DNA of 64,000 nucleotides from the NCBI GenBank assembly GCA_015680685.1, contig MNCI01001451.1, positions 424,723 through 488,722 on the forward strand, given 5' to 3'. The notes beneath the pieces are model-generated. The model searched no databases, was not told the DNA's origin, and was given only the letters and a program-made list of their open reading frames with translations. Below, in pieces: positions 10,801-23,255 of the stretch; the first letter of the stretch is position 1, and each line of letters starts with the position of its first letter. This DNA is from Gnetum montanum. Its lineage: Eukaryota; Plantae; Gnetophyta. The position numbers and the translations under genes were made by a program.

Positions 10801-12600
10801 ACGGTTACCTTACCCTCAAGGTAACTACCGCTAGACCTTCCAACTAGCCTACTACCCTAGTGGAGCTTATTTGTAGCCATAGGAGAAGTACCATCAATAG
10901 TGGTAGCAACCATAATCGCGGGCAATAACACCACCAAGATAGTAGTACCTATATAAGCTACTAGACCCTTATGGATACTATGTCTAGTGTTCGATATCTC
11001 CAAGAAATGTAGTAGATTAGACTCCTCAATATTATCCATCAGAGTACCATAGACCTACACCTCCAAGGATGGATTCTAGTCCTTGCATGCATCAACAAGT
11101 AGTTGGTTTGTTGAGTCAACCTCCTAACCCTTTACCACCTGTACCACCACCTGTAATGCAGGGAGAGTTTCTGTGACAATCATAGTGGAAGAGTGCTACA
11201 AGGATAGTGAATATACAGATAGAGGATCATACTAGCAATACTAAAGACAAATCAAGGAAATGTCCTTTCTTTAGGACAAGTCTAGAAAAGGTTGGTAGAA
11301 TTAGGACTTCATTGAGACAAGTTTCTCTTGTGAAAGATCCTCCTACCAACACCCTGATTCTCCAATAATTAGATCAAAAGATTATGACTGTCATGCTAAT
11401 AGAAATAGTATCAGACTGGATAAAGGTAGGACTACTTACCAAGAAAAGAATAGATCTAGGAGTCCCTTTGATTTATTTACAAGTAGCTAGAAATTCACTA
11501 TACAAGGCTCTACTAGACTTAGGTTTCAGAATAAATTTAATCCCTTAAGAAACATACAAGGCATGGAACCTACCATCATTAAAGAAGTGCAATGTTAGAG
11601 CTAGCAAACCAATCTATCACCATTCCTTTGGGACAGATAGAAGATGTGGTGACCACTATCAATGAATGGTTTTATCTAGCAAATTTTCTTGTAATTGACG
11701 TGAAAAATGGTGACTGGGAATTTTCTATCATTATGGGAAGAGCATTGCTTAGCACAATAGATGCTAAGTTAGGAATGAGAGATTTATCTATGAAATCTCT
11801 AAAGAAAATGAGCAAGAAGCCACACACACATAAAGAATTCCATGCATAACTAAAGATGATGAAGGATGTAGTTGTGGACTGAAAGTTCAAAATGTCAACA
11901 TAATCTTTACACCAGCCCACAACAGATGTGAGCAAAAAGTGTGTGAACAAAAAGAAACATGAGCCACTAAATTGAAAGACACCTGGTAGCCAAAACTAAG
12001 AACATAAAACTATCCAAAACATGCATGGAACTGTTTGACTCACTTATTAACTCCTATCCCAAGAAAATGACCCAAATTGAGAACTCACAAATGAAAATAT
12101 TAAATCATAATCGTACACCAGTAGATAGAGAAAATAAGAACTTAAAATTTAAATTTAAGAATAAACAAAAATGTATAGTTAGACCTTTTGAGATGGAAAG
12201 ACCATCTAGTCCAACAAAATATAAATCCTTAGAAGATCAAAATTTGATTGTCATCAAGATTACATGGGATGAGCACCAAAAAGCTAAGTCACTAAGGATG
12301 GTAAGGGAAGAACCTAGAGTGTATGATCCAAGGGATCTAGGGTTCATTTTTTGAACAACTGTCCATGAGTTTAGTCATGGGGGAGATACCTTATCCTAAC
12401 TTAGAAATTAATAATTGCTTTCTAACTGTTTTGTTTTCTAATTTTTGTGGTTTATAATTTTTGTTATACCTTTTTCTTTTCTTAATACTTTTTCACATTC
12501 TTTGACATCTAGGTATCTTGGTGTAGTGATCTTTACTCTTGTGACGTGTAGGTGGTTGAGTAGATGAGGAAACAACTAAGGGAACATTGTTTTATTCCCC
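7869..12600 (+). mobile_element. Element A: 3'-truncated Athila-type LTR retrotransposon (5' LTR ~7869-8718, gag, protease; no RT)
   Basis: The LTR end ...TTCATCA (8718) is followed by PBS TGGTGCCATTGTTGTGGA (decayed tRNA-Asp). Gag and protease are homologous to those of element B. A PPT-like TTTAGTCATGGGGGAG lies at 12370-12385. Both outer boundaries are approximate and no 3' LTR was found. Confidence 0.75.
8862..11849 (+). pseudogene. Element A gag and aspartic protease, degenerate
   Basis: Motifs KLKLFPRTLIKEVES*YKSL, zinc finger CTICQYEHPKGC, and protease ALLDLGF...LELANQSITIPLGQIEDVV...IIMGRALLST. Confidence 0.85.
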
Positions 12601-12619
12601 ATAAAGAGAGAAAATGCCT

Positions 12620-13960
12620 ATAGAAGTTGAGGGTGTCTTCTCTTATCTAACAACCTTAGTAGCTTGGTTATAGGCTACCATGAATTCATGGTCACTGCAT
12701 TGAATGAATACTTCTTTAATGCATTTGGTGATCAAGAAAGCATCATTAGAAATGAGGCTTAGGTTAAGTCATCCTCTTCTGAATGCAGTCAATAATAGAT
12801 ACTTCAAAGATGTCTTGCAATTGATACTCATCTAAATGATATGAAAATTTTGTTGATGTCATTATCCATTGATAAATGAACTTATCAATGGATTCATTTG
12901 GAGCTTGCTTGAGGCCAACGAAAGACATGAAGCTTGTACTTTGAGGTTCATTGAACTTGAAGCACTTAATGAATGCTACAAGTAGTTGCTCAAGAGAGGT
13001 GATAGATCCATATGGTAGGGACCTATACCATTCTAAAGTTGTTCTAGATAGTGAATTAGGGAACAACTCAACATAATATGATTATAAGGAGCCAATATCA
13101 TGCATTCATTTTTGAATGTGACCATGATTCATGGGGTCTCTCATTTTGCCATTATACATAGTAAAATGACGTGATGAAGCTTCCTTAGGCAAGATCGGCA
13201 AAGGGATTATAAAGCTGATGGTGCTATTTAAGATAATATCTAAGGAAACATGAGCATTTCCTTGTAAGCTAAGCATCTTTTCAGTTTTTTCTTCATTTCT
13301 TTGAAGATGTTGCATCATGTCGTTGAGTTTTGCAAGCAATGTGTGAATTTGTTCTAGGGACATTGATGATGGATGAAACAGCAAAAACTAGTGAAGAAGT
13401 TTGGAAAGGAGGATCATAAGACATGGAAGCACTTAGAACTAGCATAGGTATACTGAAACAAATCGGTTTGGTTGGGTATATAGGAAAAGGAAAACTACCT
13501 ATAGCTTGTGGAATGCCAAATGACTATGAAGTAGGAGTAGATAATGAAAAAGGTTGAAATGAAGGTATAGTGCATTAAGGTTGAGTAATAAAATAAAAAG
13601 TAGTTCCAAAAGATGGAACTAATGATGGAAAAATGGAGTGTAGGTTATTAACATTATTAGATGGAAAGAGTTGATAGAGTGGAGCAGTAATAACAGGGAG
13701 ATTGAATGGTTTAGTACAAAGTGGAATAAATGCAAGTGTACTACTTTGAGTAGTTGAGATGCTAACATGATGAATATGATGAAAATGGAGGTAACTTTTG
13801 CCAAGTCCCCTAGCTGGTTATCCTTCATTTTCATCTATCAAGTGGATGTCAGACTTAGAAGCAATTCTTCCTCTCCTTGTCCTGAGAGTGATATGCAGAT
13901 CAAAAGATTGATCTAGAATGTTCTTCATCCTATCTTGTTTAATTTGTAGATGAATTTGTT
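12620..13960 (-). pseudogene. Element E: Tat/Ogre-type retrotransposon gag remnant, interrupted by element D
   Basis: ORF 12764-13066 'FPNSLSRTTLEWYRSLPYGSITSLEQLLVAFIKCF...LKQAPNESI' is a Retrotrans_gag signature. Confidence 0.8.
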
Positions 13961-13965
13961 CCTAC

Positions 13966-15313
13966 TAAAACACCACCAAGAAAATTCATGTTGTAACTTT
14001 TTGGCATTGTATCCTTCACCATTAAACTTGAGATTGGAATTTTATTGTAAAATGTGAGGTTTGTAGCCCAACTTTTTGGGGTTGAAAAATGTCTCATAAT
14101 TTATAGCCTCACTTCCCAAGTGAAAAAAGTTATGTCATGTCTATATTTGATCTTTGGAAGGACAAAAATGCCTTGGGAACTTCCAAATTTTGTGTTTTCA
14201 TGGTTTTTATGTTGATCATAGCAAAAACTACACTGGAACGAACTACACCTAGTGTTCAAATTATTGGGTTTTCATTTTTTTTTGGCAAGGTTAGTGTGGT
14301 TCTAGCAAGGCCAATGAGGATACTACTTGCAACTAGTGTTGAATTTGTTGGGTTTATATTTTTCTAGCTAGACCAATGAGGATGACATAATTCCAATGTG
14401 GTTCTACAAGGACAACGTAGTTCCAATGATTCCAGTATGGTTCCACAAGGCCAACATAGTTCCAGCAAGACTAGTGTAGTTGGATGAAGCTAGCATAGTT
14501 GCCAAAGTCTGTTTACTATTTATGGTATCTAGCATAGTGTTTATGGCTTGGGTGCATTAAGACTTACCAGAAATGGATAACTATGCTAGAAATAATGGCT
14601 TGTCACACCTGCAAATTATATCAATCTATCAATAATCATGGTAGAAATTTGCAACCCCAAGCCAGCAACTGCATGACCTATAAATAAAAAACTTGAACAC
14701 ATTGAATAGGTTCTTCAGCTTTAGAACTTTTGCAGCCTTAAGCACTTGAACTTTCTAGCATTTTGAAATCTTTTAAGGAAAATTGAAAATTGGTTGACCA
14801 TTAGAGACCCTCAGCATAGTTCCCAATACCATAAGGTCAAACATAGTTTCCACCATTATTACCTTCAATGTAGCAGATCCAAGTTGAGAACTAGCAAGGA
14901 GTTTTGGCGATTGAAGTTGGGAAGAGCTTGGATCATGAGGCTGATTGCAGAACACAACCTATTGGCTTCAACAGGCTTTAAGCTTAATCCGAGCAACTCC
15001 TTGTGCATTTGGGCACATAATTTATACATATTTTGAACTTTATACTTTGAATATTCTATTATTTTCATAAAGTTTATAGTTCATTTATTGTGCAAGTTCA
15101 TTTCATGATTAATTTTTGTGTTTCCTTTTAAATTAGATCTGCATTTTTATTTAAATTTCTTACCCTTGTTAACACTTCCTAAGTCCATAGATGATTGACA
15201 AGTCCATCCACGGTACCTTGGATCCTCTTTCTTGGAGGCCTTTGGGATCCAAGGTTAAACTGTTTTACTTGATACTTTTAGTTTTCCAGCAATAAAATTT
15301 TTCAAGTGTTATA
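13966..15313 (+). repeat. Element D 5' LTR
   Basis: T(A)AAACACCACCAAG...GTGTTA(T)A, colinear with 30660-31373. Confidence 0.9.
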
Positions 15314-16419
15314 ATTTTTGGTGCTAGAAGGAGGACCTCTACCCAAGCTCTTCTCCAAATATAATTTGCTCTTTCAAAACCAATTTTTTGCAACCTTAAA
15401 TGTTTGAAACCATTTTAAAAATCTGTCAAGAAAAAGCAATGTTGCTGCTCATTTTTATGCAATCAATACCTAGCGTATTAATTGCAAGTGATTTGGGTGT
15501 TCCCACAATTTTCATAGTACTTTTTGAACTTCAAAAGGCTAGCATGGTTTCTTGCAAAAACTGTTACTTTTCCTTGTTGGAAAATTGCCTTTGGGTTTCT
15601 CAAAGGCTAGCATGGTTTTGCTTCAAAAATCCAACTTATTGTTGTAAAATTTTGTGAGAAAAGCTAGCATAGTCCTTCCCAAAATTTGAGCATAGTTTTG
15701 GAAAACCACACCCTTCACAACTACTTTTTGAAAACCAACACTCTTTTCCAAGGGGGAATATTCCTAGTGTAGCTTTTTTGGGTAGAACAAACATTCATTG
15801 TTGCCCAGTGTAGTTTTGTTGGGCAAGACAAACATTTATTACTTACCTCTAGTGTAGTTCTTGTTGGAAAAGCTAGCATAGTTATTTTTTATAAATATTA
15901 AAATTGCTACATTTTATTAAGGGCAGTGCACACCACTACCATTGCAACGTGCAGTACACCTACAGTTGCAGTTCCAACCATTTTTCAGCTACAACCCTTT
16001 ACACCTTGGGCAATTCCACTTGCTAGAATTTTTGTTTAATTAATTAAATTAATTAAACCAAAATTAATATAATTATCAATGTCTTTTAGCTAGTCAATAG
16101 TTTTTCCCATCAACTTGATAGACATGACATCCAACCAATATTCAGTGAGGGTCTATGACCTAAAAGGTCCAATGGTGGCTAAGCATAGGCAATCGCTCAG
16201 ATAGAGGGGTTGAAACCCAAATTTTAGCATAATAGATGAAAATTACTATAATTTCATTTAAGTCAAAATCCAAACCATCTTGCTTATTCCATGTATAGAA
16301 GCTAAATCCAGACATGACTATTAGCTGATCCATCATAACAGGAAGGAGTACATTCCTTTCCCATACGATAAAATACCACTAAATGATACTTACATGTGCA
16401 TCTTATCTCAATTGATTGA

Positions 16420-19400
16420 GATGGATGAGCCAAGTGAAGAGTCAAGCTTAAGGGATCATCATGAAGACATGATGAATTTGAGGCTAAACTTGAACCTAAC
16501 AACTTTCTAGGAAGCCACTTCCAACAGTCAGGCCCCCAAGCCATTGCATCCACTTAGGTCTCTTCTTCCTCTTTTGTAGGGTAAGTCCCTCAACCCTCAT
16601 CTCTCCTTTATCCTATCATGTCTAGGCTAGCACCCATCATAGTGGTCCACTAGGCACAATCGATGATCCAAGAAACTCCTCTTTTCTCTTCTATGCCTTT
16701 CACCATGTAGCCTCGATCGACATGACCATTGCCTGTGGCCTTTACCAATGCTCATCCATTGTTCATTCTAGTGGGTTCCATAGTGGGACCTCAAGTAACC
16801 CAAGCATCACATACACCATTCATGCCCTTTGTCCCATAAGTACTAGCATAAACCTCCTTCTCATTGTTTTATCCCCCTGTGACAATGATAACCCAACCTC
16901 TTCCCTCTATGCCACAATTGATTGTGAGGCCACAGGCCTCCTAATTTACATCGCAACCTTATGTACAAATGCCACAACTTGTGGGAATGCCTCAAGGCTT
17001 GGATAAGGTATTCCAGATAATTCAAGACCGTATAGAAGAGTTACAAAAAATTAAAGCCTCAACTACACAAACAATTAAGATCATGGACTTCTATCAAGAT
17101 GATCCTATTAGTCTATTGTCCTAAGGATAACTCTTCCTCCAGGTATCCCCATATCCTAGTTTATGAACTATAATGATGAAGGTGACTCCAATGATTACTT
17201 GATCATCATTCACTCTAGGTGCCTATTGCTATAGGCTTGGCCTCACACCATAATGAGAATCTTCCCTATGTCTCTTGTAGGGAAGACCTTAGATTGGTAT
17301 TGCACATTGGCCTGACAATCTATATCATCACTTGAAGACTTGACATCATAATTTATGAACCATTTCAAGTACAACTTGAAATCAAATACCACCCTAGACC
17401 AATTGATGAAAATCAAATAGGGGTTCCTTAAATTGGTTTAGAAGTTCATCCAAACATGGAATGTTCTATTTTATGAGATTCCCAAATCCATAGTTGAGAT
17501 CCGCCTTCTAAATATCTTCAAGGGGGTTATCAATGCTTTTATCAAGTCTAGAATTTATTACCTAGAACCATGAATAATTAGTTAAGCCTTCTCATAGATC
17601 ATGAACATAAAGAATGCTACCAAGGCTAGTCATGACCCCACCTATGTGGTGTACAAAAATCAACACATGCAAAAGAACAAGGAGAAGGGGAGGTAAAACC
17701 ATGTAGTTGTGCCCAATGTGGCCAATGACAACAAAACTACTTAGGAACCTAAAACAAAACAACCCAAGGCCCCCACCACAACTAACCAATCATCGACATT
17801 TAGGGCCTCTAGATTAAGAAACACAAGGCATAACTTTGAGAGGAAATATTGGTTAAAGTACACTAGGTTACCTTTGAAACCGTCCAAACTCCTTGATCAG
17901 TTGCTTAAGAGTGGGCACATCCAATACAAATAAATGATAGAGAATGCCTATAGAAGGCATGATATATTATGAAAAATCAAAAAGAAACCCACTTTGGCAA
18001 CCAAGGATGACCCACCCATATTGAAGTACTTTAAACTCAAACAATTTTTCTATTATCATTAGTTGCTAGGCCATGATACCGACTTCCACCTAGTGCTAAA
18101 GGATGACTTGCAGAAGATGATAGATAATAGAAAGCTAGTGCTTGATATCTCTAATCTAGTTAGGCCAAAAAACCAATCTATGTACGTCTATAAGGACCTA
18201 TTGAATGATAACAATAGTTCATACACCATAGTAGCATTCAATGTGAGGATCAACTTGGGACCTACATGGGATCCATGCGTGATTTGGGTACCTCCTGGCA
18301 ATGAAAAATGTCCTTCAAGTTTGTCTTATTCAAGGACCCCTTATGTTGTAAGAATACCATCCCCAACAGTTCCCAAGAAACCCTTTGTGATTAGAGTGAC
18401 CCTTATGCTACAACCAAACCTGCAACTACAATTGAACAACATCCTCCTATGGTGACTAATGTAATGACTTCTTCATAGACCAATCATAATAAATCACCAA
18501 CTAAACAACATAAGAAATTTACACCAAAGCCTAAAACCAAGGAAAATAAGTAGGCCAAGGTATGAAAGGAGGTGGGCCTACCAAAGACTACTCTATCTCA
18601 TCAATCCCCATGAACTCTACTGCTCAAGCTGCTTCAACTAGTTAACCAAGGAAGGACCCCAAGCCACAAGGGAAGTAGAAAGAGGCCAAACTACAACTAC
18701 TAAAACATGAAGTTCACATCCTAGGGCACATGGAGGAAGCCAAAGTCAATAAGAACAAGAAGCCAACAACCAATGACAAAGACTTTCTCAATGCTATGGA
18801 ATAGGTTAAGCACTCTTTGAAATAGAAGAATACTTCCCTTAGCTTGTATGACGTGGTAATGACTTCTATTTCTCATCATGAGGTCCTAATAAAAATTTTG
18901 ACTTTAATTACCATCAGCGAGGACATCCTCACTAGTGAAAAGTCCATTCACATAGTGATGGTACCACCTTTACCAAGGGAAGAAATGAAGTCAATAGCCC
19001 TAGTGTTTTATGATAGCAAGATCAAAACTAATCTCTAGGATGGAAAGGCAATGAACGCCCCTCTATTCATAACAATAAGCATGGGACAGATGATAGGGCA
19101 ACCACCAATGTTATATCTTGCAACATTGTTGAACATTTGGATTGAATAGAACACATGCAGCACACCTCTACTTTCACTCTCAAATTCTTTAATAGATCTC
19201 AAGTTGTAGTGAAAGGTTCAATCTCCTTGGAATTCATAGTGGGGAAATAATTCCCAATAACATCTAATTTCTTGATGATGGAAGAGAGAACAAGATTCAA
19301 TCTCATCCTAGGAAGGGTTGGGATAGCTCAGTTATGAACTATTTTCTCATCCATCCACCAAGAAATTCACCTGCCTTATAAGGAAGGTGAAATAATTATT

Positions 19401-19620
19401 CATGAGGACAATGTGGTTTCCTTGGCAATCAAAAATGTTCACATAGATCAAGGTTCCAAAGTGGAGTTTTAGGAAGAAACTCCTATTGTCAATGATGAAG
19501 TCAAGAACCCTGGTAGAGCAAAAGTGGCCAAAATTGACAATGATGGGACCATGGATGCAGCATGGGAAGAGCTTCCCTTTAGTGTGGATAGTGAGGGAAA
19601 TAGAGAATACAAGATCATGT
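16420..19620 (+). pseudogene. Element D gag and protease, degenerate
   Basis: Gag IFPMSLVGKTLDWY...FMNHFKYN. Tat-type knuckle remnant YH*LLGHDTDFHLVLKDDLQKMIDNRKL. Protease end FNLILGRV...SIHQ. Boundaries are approximate. Confidence 0.75.
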
Positions 19621-19967
19621 AATGTAGACCATACACCTTTCCTAATTTTTTGAAGATTAGGAAACACTTGCATTGTTGACATATGTTTCCTATTCACTTA
19701 TCCCTATGCCCATAGTTGTGTAGCCTTCACTTTTGTTTTCTTAGCCTAGTTTAACCATTATTTACATGTATCATTTTGCCTTGCATTAATTTACCTTGTT
19801 TTAGCTTTATTTCACACATACCCTATAGTTTATCCTTATTTACAATTCACCTTTTTATGTCCTATCTATTCTTAAACATAAAACATAAAATATACCGTAA
19901 AAATTTTAAAACTTAAAAAATCTGTATTTTTTTTTAAAGTAAAACTTGTAAAAAATTTCTTTTGACG

Positions 19968-20370
19968 CATGGCTTGTCATGGCCTAAAACTGGCAAAAAC
20001 ATGCATGGCCTAAAATTGGCAAAAACATGCATGGCTTGCTATGGCCTAAAACTGGCAATGCATGACCTGCTAAGGCCTGAAACTAGCAAAGTGATGACCT
20101 GCTAAGACCTAAAACTAGAAAAATTATGGTCCATCATGGCCTAAAACTAGCAACTTGCATAGCCTACTAAGGCCTAAAAATAACATGATTATGGCTTGCC
20201 ATGCCCTAAAATTGGCAATGTGTACAACTTGTTAAGGCCTAAAACTAGCAAAACTATGGCCCACCATGGAAAATTGGCAACATGCATGGCCTGCTACGAC
20301 CTAAAACTAGCAATGCATCGCTTGCCAAGGCCTTAAACTGATGGCCTACCAAAGCGTAAAACTGATAACA
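19968..20370 (+). repeat. Tandem array of ~13 units of ~26-33 bp inside element D
   Basis: Consensus ATGGCCTGCTAAGGCCTAAAACTAGCAA plus a short variable linker. A lone copy lies at ~25356-25385. Confidence 0.9.
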
Positions 20371-20789
20371 TTTTTATGACTTGTTTATAGCCATTACACC
20401 CTATTTCACATTTTATTTTCCTAGTTAATTTGCATTTCACTTTCCCAAATTATTGCATTATAATTGTATGTTTTAACCAACGTAACCTCATAACATGAAC
20501 AAAATGTAAAATGCATAAGATGCATAAAACTAGAAATGCTAGAACATATAAGCAAAATTAAAGTTTTAATAATAATAATAATAACCAAAATGTCCATAAC
20601 CCATAGCCATATTTACATTTGTGACAAAAGTTCAAATGACATATAAAACAAAGAGTCCAATAGCCATGGCTACACTGTGTAGCAATAACATAAGAAAAAA
20701 TAATGAATAGTCTCATAACAACCAGTGGCTAGGAATAGCCACAATACCATAACATCATCAACAACAAAATAACCAAAGGCATGATCAAA

Positions 20790-23255
20790 CTAGTAGGACT
20801 AAGGTCCAACTGGAAGATGAGAAGGGTCATCACTAACATCTTGGCCATTAGGGCCACTACCATCACTTGAGCCTGTAATAAAAAAATAAATTATATAAAA
20901 AAAAGCAAACATGATTAGTAACCTATGTAGTTTAAAACATAACAAAAATGATATAAACTAAAATCATACGACACAAAAATATATTAGACATAACCAATTA
21001 AAATAAAACCTATAGCCATATTGATAAAACCAGCCAAACAATTAAAGCCTAGACAATCTAAAAACTATATAACTAGAAAACGATGACATCAAAACAAAAT
21101 AAAAATAAGAATTCTTACTTTGCTTACTAGGCAAAGGCATTGTGGGGATCCTAAGGGGTATATGTGTTTGTGCACTCAAATTGGGGATACCCCACCAACT
21201 ATGATCTATCCCATTAGCTAAGAACTTGCAATAAGCCTAAGAGTAGCATGAAGTATATCTACCAAAGTCATCCTTGAGCTACTCCATCACTATGAGCATC
21301 ACTACTTGGCTTTTGGCAATGACCTCTATTGCTATGTGGGCCAAAGGTAAGAGTTGGTCACTCTTGATCAACCCTTGGTCATCTACCTTATACCTATAAG
21401 CATGCCAACCCAAACAAAAATTGTTAAACCAAAGTGGCCTAATGAAACCAATAGGTAAACTGTAAGACTTAAAATTACACTTACCCTTCCAAATGGTAGA
21501 TAGTGCTAGGAGGATTTTGGAACAAGGTGTGGACGTAGTGATCAACTAGTAACATATTATTGGCATTGTGCTAGATAAACTCAGGCATGTCCCAGATTTT
21601 GGATAACTTATGTATGTCTCTGGTGTATATGTTATTGAATTGGTCATCCTCCACGTGGGTGTTAGGGTAATCAACTATGAACTTGATGATCAAGCTAGCG
21701 AAGTGAGGTAATAGAGTCTCCACAATAATGGCCACTATGTCCAATGCCAAGTGTGACCATACCATCACATTGAAGTTCTATAGCAGAAAGGGTAGAAACT
21801 CCTTGGTTCCTAGCCTAAACCAAAGAAATTTGGGATCCAACACCATTTCAGTAGGTGGGGTGTTGTGTCTTGATGTGTGGATGCAATACAATAGGCCAAC
21901 CAACTTAATCACCACCAAGATAGGCTTCAAGAAGACCCTACACAATCCAACGATAACAATTACAACCTTATATGACCATAACTAAATTTAACAACCATTA
22001 AAAAAATTATAGGCATAGTGTCAACATTTTTACACAAGACAAAACAACAAAATTCATAGTTTCTCAACCATTAAAACCAAAAGAAAATTTAACCAAAAAA
22101 TTTAAGAAAAACCTAAATAGCCTATTTACACAAATAGTGGAAATACACATAAAATTACACAAATTTTATGCAAAAAATGTAAAAAAATATGGAAACTAGC
22201 CTACACTAAAATTTAACCCACTACAATAGTTACAACATTCCAACTTGGATTTGATGAGGTTTTGATTAGAAATCCTAGTTTACAGTTGTAGTACAACTCT
22301 AGGAAAGCTAGAGAAAAAATTTCAAAAAACTCAAAAGAATATTGGAAATCAACACACAACAAGTAAATAACTAGTAGAGGCTTAAAATATTCATAGTAAA
22401 ATTCTAGGAATAGACTAATGAAGCTTGTACAAGATTGAAAGGTTTACAGTTTCAACAATTGAAACTTTAATTGTACAAGGGAATTTACATGCATTAGAAA
22501 ATGATAAAAATTTTGCTAACAAATTTTTTCTAAGACTACGTATTACACATACATGAAATTCAACAACAATTTGTCATCAATGTTACAATTGTATGCCTAG
22601 GAAAAATTTACATGATGACCTAAAATAATGACAAAATTTTACAAAAGCACTGGAAAAATATTAATTTTTTTTTTAAAATTCCAAAATAGATGCCAAACCC
22701 TCACACATAGCCCTAAGTATCCCCAAGAAGCTAGGAAGTTGGCAAAAATATTTCTTCCAAGTGTCAACACTAAGTTTTAGAGGGGTAAAACAATAATAAA
22801 AAAAAAAAACTACATGCACTAACTTACGGAAAAATTCATAGAAAATTAACCATAAGTCTAAAATCAATGATTCAACCACTAGTTTAACTAGAAAACAACA
22901 AAAAATAACTTCACTACCTCAAAAACCAAAAATTCTATGCCATTTTCTTGTAAAAAAAGAAAAAGAAAATAGAAAAGTCGTGTTACTTTTTCATAGAAAA
23001 CAAAAGAAAAGGCATAGACCAAACAAAAAAAAAACTTCATAACTTAATATACACTTGCCCTATGACCAAAATAATGTAGTGAATACTTGGCCATAATCCA
23101 TTTACAATGTTTAAACCATTTAGAACCAAAATCCATCCACCGTACAAGCCTAACTAAGATAAAATGCCTAGGTTCTAGGCTACAAATGCATAAAAATGAC
23201 CATGAAAGGGGTACCTAGCAGTCATTGTGGATGATCCTTCTTCAAGAAGAGGCCA
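20790..23255 (-). pseudogene. Antisense four-exon accessory gene in element D (exons ~23255-23215, 21937-21485, 21393-21119, 20872-20790), weakly PMD-like
   Basis: Three minus-strand GT-AG introns with compatible phases. The spliced frame includes LDPKFLWFRLGTKEFLP and has only isolated TAG stops. Confidence 0.6.

Noticed and set aside
19968-20370. CRISPR-like repeat-spacer appearance
   Set aside because: Linkers are only a few bp, repeats are degenerate, there are no cas genes, and the context is a plant retrotransposon.
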